64,000 nucleotides of DNA from Acutalibacteraceae bacterium (GCA_045640165.1 JAZUEK010000037.1:833-64832); one strand, 5' to 3'; shown: positions 19,125 to 28,295, numbered from the stretch's first letter. Made by a program: numbers and translations. Notes: a model not told the origin generated them from the letters alone.

Positions 19125-19140
19125 ACCTTTGGAGAACACA

Positions 19141-19170
19141 AAAAAGCCTGACCAAATGGTCAGGCTTTCT
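19141..19170 (-). terminator. Rho-independent terminator after tRNA-Gly
   Basis: Minus strand reads AAGCCTGACCatttGGTCAGGCTT followed by TTTT. Confidence 0.7.
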
Positions 19171-19173
19171 CCT

Positions 19174-19250
19174 TTGGAGCGGCTTACGAGGCTCGAACTC
19201 GCTACCTCCACCTTGGCAAGGTGGCGCTCTACCAGATGAGCTAAAGCCGC
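19174..19250 (-). tRNA. tRNA-Gly (anticodon GCC), CCA encoded
   Basis: Reverse complement is GCGGCTTTAGCTCATCTGGTAGAGCGCCACCTTGCCAAGGTGGAGGTAGCGAGTTCGAGCCTCGTAAGCCGCTCCA. It folds as a cloverleaf by eye. The anticodon stem is CCACC/GGTGG and the loop is TTGCCAA. Confidence 0.9.
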
Positions 19251-19310
19251 AGGAACGAGGGGTATTATACCACACGATACTGGGTGTGTCAACCCCTCTT
19301 ATTGGATTTT

Positions 19311-20216
19311 TTATGTTTTTTCTTCCGTTTCCTCAACCGGAACGGTGGGAGCGGCATCCTCTTCCTCTGTAGACGGTGCGTTTTTCGCTTTGGCCTTACA
19401 AACGAACCACAACGCCACGCCGCCGGCAACAGCAAGCACCGCCACAAGTTGCGACACGCGCATCGTGCCGAGTTTTAGGCTGTCGGTACGCAATCCTTCG
19501 ATAAAAAAGCGGCCCGTTCCGTACCAAATAACGTATCCGGCGAAGATTTTGCCCTTAAAGGTGTATGCCTTTACAGAAAGCAGGTGCAGCAACACAAACC
19601 CGAGCACGCACCACAGCGACTCATAGAGGAACGTCGGGTGCACCGGCAGCGCCCAATCGTAGGCCGCGGTCGCGTGGGCACCGTTTTTGATAAGATTGCC
19701 GGTCATACCCCACGGGAGCGTGGTGTTGCCGCCGAACGCCTCTTGGTTAAAGAAGTTGCCCCAACGGCCGATGGCTTGTCCGATAAGGAATCCGAGCGAG
19801 CACAAGTCAAACATGGCAAGGGTATTCACTTTACGCACACGGCACATAATCAAGCCGGTGACAAACGCAAAAATCAGTCCGCCGTAGATGGCCAAACCGC
19901 CCTCCCACACGCGCAAGATGGATGCCGGCTCGGCAAAATACGCCGCGCGGTCCACAGAAAAGAGCACGTAATACAGTCGCGCCCCCACAAAGGCAAAAAT
20001 CGTCGAAACGAGCACCACGTCGAACATGGCGTCTTCGTCCAGCTTAAACGATTTGGCGCGCTTAAACGCATAAATCGCCGCAAGCAAAAAGCCGCAAGCA
20101 ATCATAATACCGTACCATTTAATCGTAACGGGAAATCCGAACAAACTAAACTGTAAAGCGGTGTCCGGCAGGGCGAATTTAAGCCCGAGTCCCGGAAATT
20201 CCACGTATTGTCCCAT
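19311..20216 (-). CDS. lgt: Prolipoprotein diacylglyceryl transferase
   Basis: Lgt motifs are present (YGIMIACGF, GARLYYV, GRWGNFFNQEAFG). The start MGQYVEF at 20216 has a GAGGTG RBS. The C-terminal tail is acidic and charged. Confidence 0.9.
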   Translation of the reverse strand: MGQYVEFPGLGLKFALPDTALQFSLFGFPVTIKWYGIMIACGFLLAAIYAFKRAKSFKLDEDAMFDVVLVSTIFAFVGARLYYVLFSVDRAAYFAEPASILRVWEGGLAIYGGLIFAFVTGLIMCRVRKVNTLAMFDLCSLGFLIGQAIGRWGNFFNQEAFGGNTTLPWGMTGNLIKNGAHATAAYDWALPVHPTFLYESLWCVLGFVLLHLLSVKAYTFKGKIFAGYVIWYGTGRFFIEGLRTDSLKLGTMRVSQLVAVLAVAGGVALWFVCKAKAKNAPSTEEEDAAPTVPVEETEEKT

Positions 20217-20328
20217 ACAATGCACCTCGTTTCTTTTTCTCATTTTACCGCGTTTTTCCCCGGTTGTCAATTCGTATATTTACGTTCTGTCGCCACATAC
20301 TAACCGAAGAAAAAAGGACGTGTATGCG

Positions 20329-20949
20329 ATGAAAAAATATCTACTGTTGGGCGTTATAACCGCCGGTGTGCTCGCGATACTCGCGTATGCCCGTGTGGCG
20401 CGCCCCGTTCCCGTCTCCACCGTCACCCTCGTTCCGCAAACGGCAACAAAAACTGCCGTTTGCCCTGCCGTTGTTTCCGACCGCACCCATTTGCAAGCGT
20501 TTGTACGGGAGAGTTTGGCATCCACCGTTCACGTTGGCCAAGCCGCATCGGTAAGCGGTGTGGGATTTCAGCAAACCGCCTTGCGCGGCACCGTCACCGC
20601 CATCGCCGACCACGCCACCGTGCAAGGCGGCAAAACGGGACTTGTCGCCGTCGTCACGCTGAGCGAGACGGACGACAGCATCAAAAAAGGACTTTCCGCC
20701 ACCGCGCGCATTACCGTCACCACCTTTGAACACGTCGCCGTGCTCCCGAACGAGTGGCTGTTTTCGGACGGCGACGAAACGTATGTGATGGTAGCCGAAA
20801 ACGGCAAAGCCGTTCGCAAGCCCGTGCGCGCAGGCGACTTCGTTTCCGGCGGTGTTATCGTCTCGGGTCTTGCGTTCGGCGAACGGGTGGTGACCGATCC
20901 CCACGCCGTCACCGACCATCAACGCATAAAGGAGCAATCTTCGAAATGA
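20329..20949 (+). CDS. Short HlyD/MacA-like periplasmic adaptor (barrel-sandwich and beta-barrel parts only)
   Basis: 206 aa. It has an N-terminal TM anchor, and the C-terminal part resembles efflux adaptor beta-barrel domains (VLPNEWLF..GDETYVMVAENGKAVRKPVRAG). No long coiled-coil hairpin is visible. Confidence 0.55.
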   Translation: MKKYLLLGVITAGVLAILAYARVARPVPVSTVTLVPQTATKTAVCPAVVSDRTHLQAFVRESLASTVHVGQAASVSGVGFQQTALRGTVTAIADHATVQGGKTGLVAVVTLSETDDSIKKGLSATARITVTTFEHVAVLPNEWLFSDGDETYVMVAENGKAVRKPVRAGDFVSGGVIVSGLAFGERVVTDPHAVTDHQRIKEQSSK

Positions 20950-22100
20950 TTGACGTAGGTTTCGGCGCGTGGCGCGGTCTGTGGCGCAAACCGGCGCGCA
21001 CCGCGCTGACAATGTTTTCGCTCGCCGCCGGCGTGGCACTACTGACGTTGCTTTCGGCCATCTCCCGTGCCGGCACGGCGGCCGCCCAAGCGGAAATGCA
21101 GTGCATGGGGTTGGACGGTGTGTGGGTCACCGCGCAAGACGAGCCGCTCACCCACGACGTCGTCGAGAAACTCGCCACTTTGCCGGACGTAACGGTCGCC
21201 GCACCGATGACGCTGCTTTCCGCCAACGCCGCATTCGGCGAAACCTCCACTCCGGTACTTTTGTGCGGCATCGACGAACACGCCGCGCGCGCCGTCGCCG
21301 TAGACCTTTCGGCAGGACGGCTTCCCACCGCACAAGACGTCGCCGACACGGCGTTTTGCTGTACGATGGAAGACACCGCCGCCGAAGAAGCATTCGGCAA
21401 CGTCTCGCCGCTCGGCAGACAACTCGACGTGTATATCGGCACGCGTGAAGTGTCGTTTTCGGTCATCGGCAGTGCCAAAGCCAAAAGCAGTTTGCTCAAA
21501 AACCTGACAACCACCATTCCGCCGCTGATACTCGTTCCCCATTCCGCTTTGGCGGCGATATCCGGCGACGAATCGTTTTCGCGCGTCGCCGTGCGCTCCA
21601 CCCGTTCCACCGCGGTGCTGAAAGAGCAAATCGAACGGGCGCTCGCCGAAGACGGCAACTTTCAAATTGCCGATTTGGCGGCGCAGGGGGATCGCCTAAA
21701 CCGCCTTTTCGCGCTTCTCTCCGGCATTCTGACGCTCGCCGGCGGCGGCGCGGTCGTGGTGGCAGGATGCTGTGTGCTGTTGTCGCAGTTGTCCGCCGTC
21801 TCCGAACGCGTGGCGGAAATCGGGCTCAAAAAAGCACTTGGCGCCACCCGTTCCCGTATTTTGGCGGAATTTTTGCTGTCGGCGGCCATCGTCTCCTTTT
21901 GCGGAGCGGTCATCGGATCGCTTTGCGGCGGCGGCAGTGCCGTTTTGGGGTTGCATCTTGCCGGTGTCGCGTTCACACCGTCGCTGTCGCGCGGTGCGCT
22001 CCTCGTGGCGGCCGCTACCGCATTCGGTACGGCGTGCGGCGCGTATCCTGCCGCCAAAGCCGCGCGCCTTTCTCCGTTAGAGGCCTTTTGCCGCGTTTGA
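20946..22100 (+). CDS. ABC transporter permease, FtsX/MacB family
   Basis: 384 aa. Start MIDVGFGAWRGLWRKPARTALT overlaps the upstream stop (ATGA). It has a large extracytoplasmic loop and a C-terminal FtsX region (IGLKKALGATRSRILAEFLLSA ... YPAAKAARLSPLEA). Confidence 0.75.
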   Translation: MIDVGFGAWRGLWRKPARTALTMFSLAAGVALLTLLSAISRAGTAAAQAEMQCMGLDGVWVTAQDEPLTHDVVEKLATLPDVTVAAPMTLLSANAAFGETSTPVLLCGIDEHAARAVAVDLSAGRLPTAQDVADTAFCCTMEDTAAEEAFGNVSPLGRQLDVYIGTREVSFSVIGSAKAKSSLLKNLTTTIPPLILVPHSALAAISGDESFSRVAVRSTRSTAVLKEQIERALAEDGNFQIADLAAQGDRLNRLFALLSGILTLAGGGAVVVAGCCVLLSQLSAVSERVAEIGLKKALGATRSRILAEFLLSAAIVSFCGAVIGSLCGGGSAVLGLHLAGVAFTPSLSRGALLVAAATAFGTACGAYPAAKAARLSPLEAFCRV

Positions 22101-22119
22101 AAAATTTCCTGAAAACCGC

Positions 22120-22148
22120 TTGACAACCGACAAAAACCGCGCTATAAT
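22120..22148 (+). promoter_or_regulatory. Consensus sigma-A promoter driving the T-box leader
   Basis: TTGACA at 22120-22125, a 17-nt spacer, then TATAAT at 22143-22148. Confidence 0.65.
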
Positions 22149-22154
22149 GCAAGA

Positions 22155-22416
22155 AACCGATGAACAAGAGGAAGTAAGCCCCTGCACGGATTGTAGAGAG
22201 CCGCCGACGGTGGAAGCGCGGTATCACGACAGGTCGCCGAATGGTCTTGGGAGGGCTGCCGAAACGACGTTTCGTCCGATGGCAGACGGGAACTTCGCCC
22301 GTTATCCCTGAAGCGTCTGTGTCCGCAGACGGCGAGAGTGGGCTGAATTTCAGCCAATGCTGGGTGGTACCGCAGGAAAGATTCCTGTCCCTCGATTTTC
22401 GAGGGACAGTTTTTTT
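22155..22416 (+). promoter_or_regulatory. T-box riboswitch leader (probable Trp specifier UGG)
   Basis: Stem I carries AGAGAG and GGTGGAA motifs at about 22196-22217. The candidate specifier GAA-UGG is at 22242-22244. The T-box core AATGCTGGGTGGTACCGCAGG is at 22356-22376. The terminator CTGTCCCTCGattttCGAGGGACAG followed by T7 is at 22385-22416. Confidence 0.8.
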
Positions 22417-22481
22417 ATTTTGTGACCCTCCCCCGCAAACAAACGGACAATACAAAAAACCTTTTTAAGGAGTGTTGTCAA

Positions 22482-23732
22482 ATGAACAAGTATCTCGAGT
22501 ATCAAAACTATCTCAAAGAGTATCCGAGCAAAGACGGCTACTTCGGCGAGTACGGCGGTCGCTATCTGACCCCCGAACTGACCAAAGCGATGGAAGAGGT
22601 GGAAACCGCCTATCGCACCATCTGCCACAGTGCCCAGTTTATCAACGAACTGCGCCGCATCCGCAAAGAGTTCCAAGGTCGCCCGACGCCGGTGTACCAT
22701 TGCGAGCGGTTGTCCCGTATGCTCGGCGGCCAAACCCAAATTTATCTCAAGCGTGAAGACTTAAACCATTCCGGCGCGCACAAACTCAACCACTGCATGG
22801 GTGAGGGCCTGCTCGCCAAATATATGGGCAAGAAAAAAATCATCGCCGAGACCGGTGCCGGTCAACACGGCGTGGCACTCGCCACGGCCGCCGCTTATTT
22901 CGGCCTCGAATGCGACATCTACATGGGCGAAGTGGACATTGCGAAACAAGCCCCCAACGTCACCCGCATGAAACTGCTCGGCGCGAACGTCGTGCCGGTT
23001 TCCAAAGGCCTCAAAACCTTGAAAGAAGCGGTGGACGCCGCGTTTGACGCCTACCTCAACGAATACGACGACACCATCTACTGCATCGGCTCGGTCCTCG
23101 GACCGCACCCGTTTCCCATGATGGTGCGCGACTTCCAGCTGTGCATCGGCGAAGAAGCGCGCGAGCAATTCATCGGTATGACCGGTCTCCTGCCGGATGC
23201 GGTGGTTGCCTGCGTGGGCGGCGGTTCCAACTCGATTGGTATGTTCCTGCCGTTCATCGCCGATCCGGTGGAAATCTACGGTGTGGAACCGCTCGGCAAA
23301 GGCTCCGGCATCGGTGAGCACGCCGCTTCCATGGCGTACGGCACCAAAGGCCGTCTCCACGGTTTCGACAGCATCCTGCTTCAGAACGAAAAAGAGGGCG
23401 AGCCCGATCCCGTTTACTCGGTGGCGAGCGGTCTCGACTATCCGGGCGTCGGTCCGGAACACGCGTTCCTGCACGACAAAGGTCGCGTCAACTACATCAC
23501 GGCGCTTGACGACGAAGCGATGGAAGCGTTCTTCCTGCTTTGCCGCTACGAGGGCATTATTCCGGCCATCGAGAGTGCTCATGCGCTCGCCGGCGCGATT
23601 AAACTCGCGCGCGAGGGCAAACACGCCTCGATTCTCGTCAACCTCTCCGGCCGCGGCGACAAAGACATCGACTACGTGGTGGAGCATTACGGCACCGGCG
23701 AAGAATTCCTCAAAAATTTGGAAACCAAATAA
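22482..23732 (+). CDS. trpB: Stand-alone tryptophan synthase beta chain (TrpB2-like)
   Basis: 416 aa. The PLP lysine region is [16 protein letters not shown], and GGGSNSIG is present. An AAGGAG RBS lies 8 nt upstream. No trpA or other trp genes are adjacent. Confidence 0.88.
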   Translation: MNKYLEYQNYLKEYPSKDGYFGEYGGRYLTPELTKAMEEVETAYRTICHSAQFINELRRIRKEFQGRPTPVYHCERLSRMLGGQTQIYLKREDLNHSGAHKLNHCMGEGLLAKYMGKKKIIAETGAGQHGVALATAAAYFGLECDIYMGEVDIAKQAPNVTRMKLLGANVVPVSKGLKTLKEAVDAAFDAYLNEYDDTIYCIGSVLGPHPFPMMVRDFQLCIGEEAREQFIGMTGLLPDAVVACVGGGSNSIGMFLPFIADPVEIYGVEPLGKGSGIGEHAASMAYGTKGRLHGFDSILLQNEKEGEPDPVYSVASGLDYPGVGPEHAFLHDKGRVNYITALDDEAMEAFFLLCRYEGIIPAIESAHALAGAIKLAREGKHASILVNLSGRGDKDIDYVVEHYGTGEEFLKNLETK

Positions 23733-23744
23733 TTTTACACAAAA

Positions 23745-23783
23745 AAGCCGCAAGGACACGTTCCTTGCGGCTTTTCTTTTTTT
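23745..23783. terminator. Bidirectional rho-independent terminator
   Basis: GCCGCAAGGAcacgTTCCTTGCGGC flanked by an A-run and a T-run, between convergent genes. Confidence 0.7.
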
Positions 23784-23790
23784 GTTTTCA

Positions 23791-24186
23791 TCAACCTGCT
23801 TCTTTCATCTCGTCGGCCAACGCCAATTTGTTAAGCGCGCGTCGGTAGGCGGTAAACACACACCCTCGCTCGCGGCACAAACGAATACAAATCGCCTCCC
23901 ACGGCTCGGCACACAAATACCGAAGCCGCAACACACGCCGTTCCAGTGACGTAAGCGTCGGCGTTTCGTGAATAAGTTTCCCCACCGCTCGGCGCGCGGT
24001 GGACAAATCCGAAAACAGCGCATCAATACGGGCAGACAGTTCTTTTTCTTCGGGAAAGCCCAACGAGGCAATATCCGCTCGCTCCGCTGTCAGTTCTTCT
24101 AACAAAATCGCTTTTTCAATGCAGGGCGACAACCGCTCTTTGACGCGCATTCCCTCGGCGGACAAGGGCTGATACGTTCTCGCCAT
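23791..24186 (-). CDS. Small sigma-70 region-4-like HTH protein (phage late-activator / DUF1492-like)
   Basis: 131 aa from the ATG at 24186, with a GGAGG RBS. The C-terminus LTSLERRVLRLRYLCAEPWEAICIRLCRERGCVFTAYRRALNKLA looks like a sigma region-4-type HTH. The track ORF starting at 24459 is an upstream over-extension. Confidence 0.5.
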   Translation of the reverse strand: MARTYQPLSAEGMRVKERLSPCIEKAILLEELTAERADIASLGFPEEKELSARIDALFSDLSTARRAVGKLIHETPTLTSLERRVLRLRYLCAEPWEAICIRLCRERGCVFTAYRRALNKLALADEMKEAG

Positions 24187-24187
24187 T

Positions 24188-24382
24188 TTATATCGCCTCC
24201 TGCTCTCCGTTATAGCGACGGCATTCGTCCACACAATCGGCACAGACCGGCTCGCCGTCAATCGAATAGTACGTATCGTCAAAAATCGGTTCGTCACACC
24301 ACGCGCAAACGCGACGGGACACGTCCGGCAACGCGTTGGGACAACCGGAAAGACATGGCGTCTCATGGCAAATTTCACACAT
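24188..24382 (-). CDS. Cysteine-rich small protein (putative zinc ribbon)
   Basis: 64 aa: MCEICHETPCLSGC...CAWCDEPIF...GEPVCADCVDEC, containing 9 Cys. An AGAGGA RBS is present. Its stop abuts the start of the next gene. Confidence 0.45.
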   Translation of the reverse strand: MCEICHETPCLSGCPNALPDVSRRVCAWCDEPIFDDTYYSIDGEPVCADCVDECRRYNGEQEAI

Positions 24383-24430
24383 TGGGATAGGTTCCTCTTT
24401 TCCAAAATTTTCTTCCTCGAGGTTGCTTGC

Positions 24431-24459
24431 ATTATACCACACTTTGCAGGATTTGTCAA
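24431..24459 (-). promoter_or_regulatory. Consensus sigma-A promoter of the Cys-rich / HTH two-gene cassette
   Basis: Minus strand reads TTGACA, a 17-nt spacer, then TGgTATAAT. Both the -35 and the extended -10 are perfect. Confidence 0.6.
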
Positions 24460-24687
24460 TATTTTTTGTGAGTATTATCGACAATATAAGAACAAATCAC
24501 CGCAGTGCTCCCGGAAAGCGCATCGCCTTTACACAATTGTTTTTGTTGGTATACCTTGGTTTTTCGGAATAACAGCAAAACTCACGCCTCTGGTTTTCTT
24601 CCGCTCTTCCCTTTGAAAAATTCCGGAGTATTTTTGCCGATTCTATCGACATTGTGTGTCTGTTTTGTCGAAACGCGTCGAAAAGAA

Positions 24688-24720
24688 CATAAAAAAGAAC
24701 GACCGCAAAAGCGGTCGTTC
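24688..24720 (-). terminator. Rho-independent terminator after the PLP-enzyme gene
   Basis: Minus strand reads GAACGACCGCttttGCGGTCGTTC followed by TTTTTT. Confidence 0.65.
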
Positions 24721-24731
24721 GAAAAATCAAA

Positions 24732-26006
24732 TTATAAAGACAAGATTCCGTCATCGAGCATTGTCTGGGCGGCAAGCAACACACCGAGTTTGCCGGCGTG
24801 GAAGTTGAGACCACCCTGCATAAACGCGGCGAACGGCTCGCGCAGCGGTGCATCCGCCGACAGTTCAATCGACGACCCCATGGTAAACGCGCCGGCCGCC
24901 ATAATCACCTGCGACTCATAACCGGGCATATCGCTCGGTTCGGGAACAACAAACGCATCCACCGGTGCGCCGCGTTGCATACCGCGGCAGAACGAGCAGA
25001 GCGCCTCGGGCGATTTGCAAAACAGCACTTCGATGATGTCTCCGCGTTCGTCAAACGGCTTCGGCGACACGTCGTAGCCGAGCAAATCGAACAGCGACGC
25101 GGCGTAAACAGCGGTTTTCATCGCTTCCCCCACCACCTGTGGTGCGTGGAAAAGTCCCATAAACAGTTCGCGGTTGTGACCGAGCGACGCGCCTACCTCG
25201 CGCCCGAGGCCGGGCGTCGTCATCCGTGCGGCGCACAGTTCAATATACTTCGCCTTACCGCAGAGATAGCCGCCGTTTTGGGCGATACCGCCGCCGGCGT
25301 TTTTGATAAGCGAACCGGCCATCAAATCCGCGCCCACCTGCGTGGGCTCGACCGTTTCGGCAAACTCGCCGTAGCAGTTGTCCACAAACACGCACACGTC
25401 GTCCCTTACGGCTTTGACAGTATCGATAATCGCCTTGATATCCGCGATTTTAAGGGACGGACGGGTATCGTATCCGCGCGAGCGTTGCACGTGCACGAGT
25501 TTGATGCTCTTGTCCGACAGCGCCGCCGCAATGCCGTCCAAATCCGGCGCTTTTTGGGCGTTCAGCGGCACTTCCTTGTAGCCCACGCCGAACTCTTTAA
25601 GCGATCCTGCGGCGTCTCGTTTGTGACCGATGGTGGTCTCAAGCGTATCGTACGGCGCGCCGGTCGCGGCGAGCATCGTATCGCCCGGGCGAAGCACCCC
25701 AAACAGCGCAATGGTAATCGCGTGCGTACCGGAGACGATGCTGTGGCGCACAAGCGCATCTTCCGCCCCCATTACCTCGGCAAACACGGCATCGAGCGTA
25801 TCCCGACCGCGGTCGCCGTAACCGTAACCGGTCGTCGGCACAAAATGGCTCTCGCTCACGCGGTGTTTAGCGAATGCCGCCAGCACCTTTTGTACGTTAT
25901 ATTCCGCCACGTCGTCGATATGGGCAAACTGCGGTTTCACTCGCTCGAGCGCCTGCTTTGACAAAGCGGACAATTTTTCATTGACTTTGAAAAACGGTAT
26001 ATCCAT
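24732..26006 (-). CDS. PLP-dependent enzyme of the YnbB / aluminium-resistance (Cys/Met-metabolism fold) family
   Basis: 424 aa from MDIPFFKVNEKL. The sequence matches this family (TGYGYGDRGRD, SGTHAI, GSLIKNAGGGIA). Confidence 0.75.
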   Translation of the reverse strand: MDIPFFKVNEKLSALSKQALERVKPQFAHIDDVAEYNVQKVLAAFAKHRVSESHFVPTTGYGYGDRGRDTLDAVFAEVMGAEDALVRHSIVSGTHAITIALFGVLRPGDTMLAATGAPYDTLETTIGHKRDAAGSLKEFGVGYKEVPLNAQKAPDLDGIAAALSDKSIKLVHVQRSRGYDTRPSLKIADIKAIIDTVKAVRDDVCVFVDNCYGEFAETVEPTQVGADLMAGSLIKNAGGGIAQNGGYLCGKAKYIELCAARMTTPGLGREVGASLGHNRELFMGLFHAPQVVGEAMKTAVYAASLFDLLGYDVSPKPFDERGDIIEVLFCKSPEALCSFCRGMQRGAPVDAFVVPEPSDMPGYESQVIMAAGAFTMGSSIELSADAPLREPFAAFMQGGLNFHAGKLGVLLAAQTMLDDGILSL

Positions 26007-26023
26007 AGTTGTTCCTCGTTCTC

Positions 26024-26755
26024 TTAAAAATCCACTTGACCCCACGTCCCACAAACGGTGAAGCCGAGGGTTTCATATAATCGTTTTGCTCCCTCGTTTT
26101 TGGCGGCAATCAGCACCGTGTTGCCGCGCTCTTGACCGGCACGCACGAGCGCCGTCACGCAGGCGGCGGCGTAACCGCGTTTGCGGTAATGTTCATCGGT
26201 GCAGATAGCGCCGAGCAGCCACGCGCCATCCGCTTCCGCCACGGTCATACCGCCGGAAACGGGCGTTTCTCCATCGCGCACGGCAACGAGGCGGCATTTG
26301 TCTCGCCGCATACGGTGGGTCACATCGGCATACCACGCGTCAAACGGCGGCAAGGCATCGCCGAACACGCGCTTCGCAAGCGGATAGTAGTCAGCCGGAG
26401 CAATCGGCGCCGCGGTGCCCGACGGCATCATGCCGCTCGGCGCTTTGAGCACCGCTCCGGTACGAACGTCCCGTCCGCGCATTTTGGCAAAAGCGACCGC
26501 CGTATCGCCGTCGGTGCGAAGCGACGTCACCTGCGGCGACATTTGCACAAAACAGAGCGCCTCGTCGGGGTCACTTCCGGCAACCAGCGTTGCCGCACCG
26601 TCCAAAAGGGAGAGCACACTGCCGTCCTCTCCTCGGTATACCGTAAAAAACGGCTGAGCAAGCCCGTAAGCATCCATTTGCGCCGCAATGCGCACGCCTG
26701 CCTCACAAGACAAGTCCAACGTAAGCGACGTTTTGTCGGTACACAGCTCAAGCAT
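26024..26755 (-). CDS. GNAT family N-acetyltransferase
   Basis: 243 aa. The C-terminal acetyl-CoA-binding region is ICTDEHYRKRGYAAACVTALV...AKRLYETLGF. Confidence 0.7.
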   Translation of the reverse strand: MLELCTDKTSLTLDLSCEAGVRIAAQMDAYGLAQPFFTVYRGEDGSVLSLLDGAATLVAGSDPDEALCFVQMSPQVTSLRTDGDTAVAFAKMRGRDVRTGAVLKAPSGMMPSGTAAPIAPADYYPLAKRVFGDALPPFDAWYADVTHRMRRDKCRLVAVRDGETPVSGGMTVAEADGAWLLGAICTDEHYRKRGYAAACVTALVRAGQERGNTVLIAAKNEGAKRLYETLGFTVCGTWGQVDF

Positions 26756-28133
26756 CGGGCAACGCCATTACGAGGAACTTAAACCAGTCGCCCCGTTCCT
26801 CGAAGTTTTTATACATATCGAAACTCGCCGACGCCGGCGACATAAACACAATGTCGCCGTCACGCGCTTGGCGGCGCGCTTCTTCTACCGCCGCCGCCAT
26901 CGAATCAACGTGCACAATCGGCAGGTCGGAATAGGCGCGAATGGCAGTCTCAATCGCCGGAGCGGTCGCGCCCACCAAAATAGCGGATTTCACGGTATCT
27001 TTTGCCACCTCGCCGAGCGGCGTATACGGAATATGCTTGTCGTAACCGCCGGCGATAAGAATCACCTTGCGGTCGAACGATTTAAGACCGGCAATCGTGC
27101 GCGACGGGCTGCTGCCGATAGAATCGTTATACCATTTAACGCCGCCGAGCACCCGAACCAGTTCGCTTCTGTGCGGCACACCGCCGAACGATTTCGCGTA
27201 GTTTACAATCGTTTCCACCGGCACTTCGCCCCACGTCGCGGCAATGGCGGCAAGATAGTTCTCGACGTTGTGCACGCCGGGAATAAGAATGTCCGCGGCG
27301 TTCATAATCTCGGTCGTTTCGCCGTTTACGGTCATACACAGCACACCGGCATCGTTGAGCCACGCGCCCTCTTGCGGCGCGCGGCGCGAGAAGGTGAACA
27401 CCTGCCCTGCCGTCGCGGTTTTGGCAAAGTCGGCGGTCACGTCGTTGTCGGCGTTGAGCACCGCGCGATCACCGGCGCCTTGGTAGGCCACGAGGTTGCG
27501 TTTTGCGTCGATATATTCCTGCATATCGGTGTGCCAATCGAGGTGGTTCGGCGCGACGTTCGTGACCACCGCCACGTGCGGCGCCTTTTGCATCATCGTC
27601 AGTTGGAAGCTCGACAGTTCCACCACCGCCACGTCCTCCGGCTTCACCTCGTCGATGATGGGAAGAAGCGGACGGCCGATGTTGCCGCCGAGATGCACGG
27701 TTTTTCCTGCCGCTTTGAGCAGTCCGGCAATAATCGTGGTTGTGGTGGTTTTGCCGTCCGAACCGGTTACGGCGTAAATGGGCGCCGGAGACAAGTCAAA
27801 AAACAGTTCCATTTCGGAAGTGACCGTCACACCGGCGTTGCGCGCCGCTTCAAACTGCGGAAAATACGGTTTCATACCGGGCGTGCGCAAAATGAGGTCC
27901 ACGCCGGAAAAATCGTCCAAATACGTCTCGCCGAGGCAGAGGGTCACGCCTTTCGCCTCCAGCTCATCCGCCACCGTTCCGAGTTCTTCACGGGTGCGTT
28001 TGTCGCAGGCACGTACCATAGCGCCGGCATTCAAAAATTGGTCAATCACCGGGCGATTGTTTCTGCCGATACCGCAAATCGCGACGGTTTTGCCTTTTAT
28101 GTTCTCAAAAAACTGCTTGGCTTTCTCGTTCAT
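26748..28133 (-). CDS. murD: UDP-N-acetylmuramoylalanine--D-glutamate ligase
   Basis: Mur ligase motifs are present (VTGSDGKTTTT, DWHTDMQEY). The ATG at 28133 lies 8 nt after an AAGGAG RBS. Confidence 0.9.
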   Translation of the reverse strand: MNEKAKQFFENIKGKTVAICGIGRNNRPVIDQFLNAGAMVRACDKRTREELGTVADELEAKGVTLCLGETYLDDFSGVDLILRTPGMKPYFPQFEAARNAGVTVTSEMELFFDLSPAPIYAVTGSDGKTTTTTIIAGLLKAAGKTVHLGGNIGRPLLPIIDEVKPEDVAVVELSSFQLTMMQKAPHVAVVTNVAPNHLDWHTDMQEYIDAKRNLVAYQGAGDRAVLNADNDVTADFAKTATAGQVFTFSRRAPQEGAWLNDAGVLCMTVNGETTEIMNAADILIPGVHNVENYLAAIAATWGEVPVETIVNYAKSFGGVPHRSELVRVLGGVKWYNDSIGSSPSRTIAGLKSFDRKVILIAGGYDKHIPYTPLGEVAKDTVKSAILVGATAPAIETAIRAYSDLPIVHVDSMAAAVEEARRQARDGDIVFMSPASASFDMYKNFEERGDWFKFLVMALPDA

Positions 28134-28224
28134 AGCGCACACTCCTTTTTATCGTTTCTATTATAACGAATTCGCCCCGAAAATGCAACGGAAAATACGG
28201 AAAATCCCGGATTTTTTCACATCC

Positions 28225-28270
28225 GAAAAAACGCAAACCCCCATTGGCTTTTCAAAAGCCAATGGGGGTT
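28225..28270 (-). terminator. Rho-independent terminator after the dockerin-YD-repeat gene
   Basis: Minus strand reads AACCCCCATTGGC...GCCAATGGGGGTT followed by TGCGTTTTTT. Confidence 0.6.
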
Positions 28271-28295
28271 TCTTTCTTACGCCGTTCGCCGAGAA

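Noticed and set aside
23791-24484. Prophage or mobile-element remnant around the sigma-like small gene
   Set aside because: No integrase, transposase, att-like repeats or other phage genes are present. The flanks are ordinary housekeeping genes with their own terminators. It is kept only as a two-gene cassette finding.
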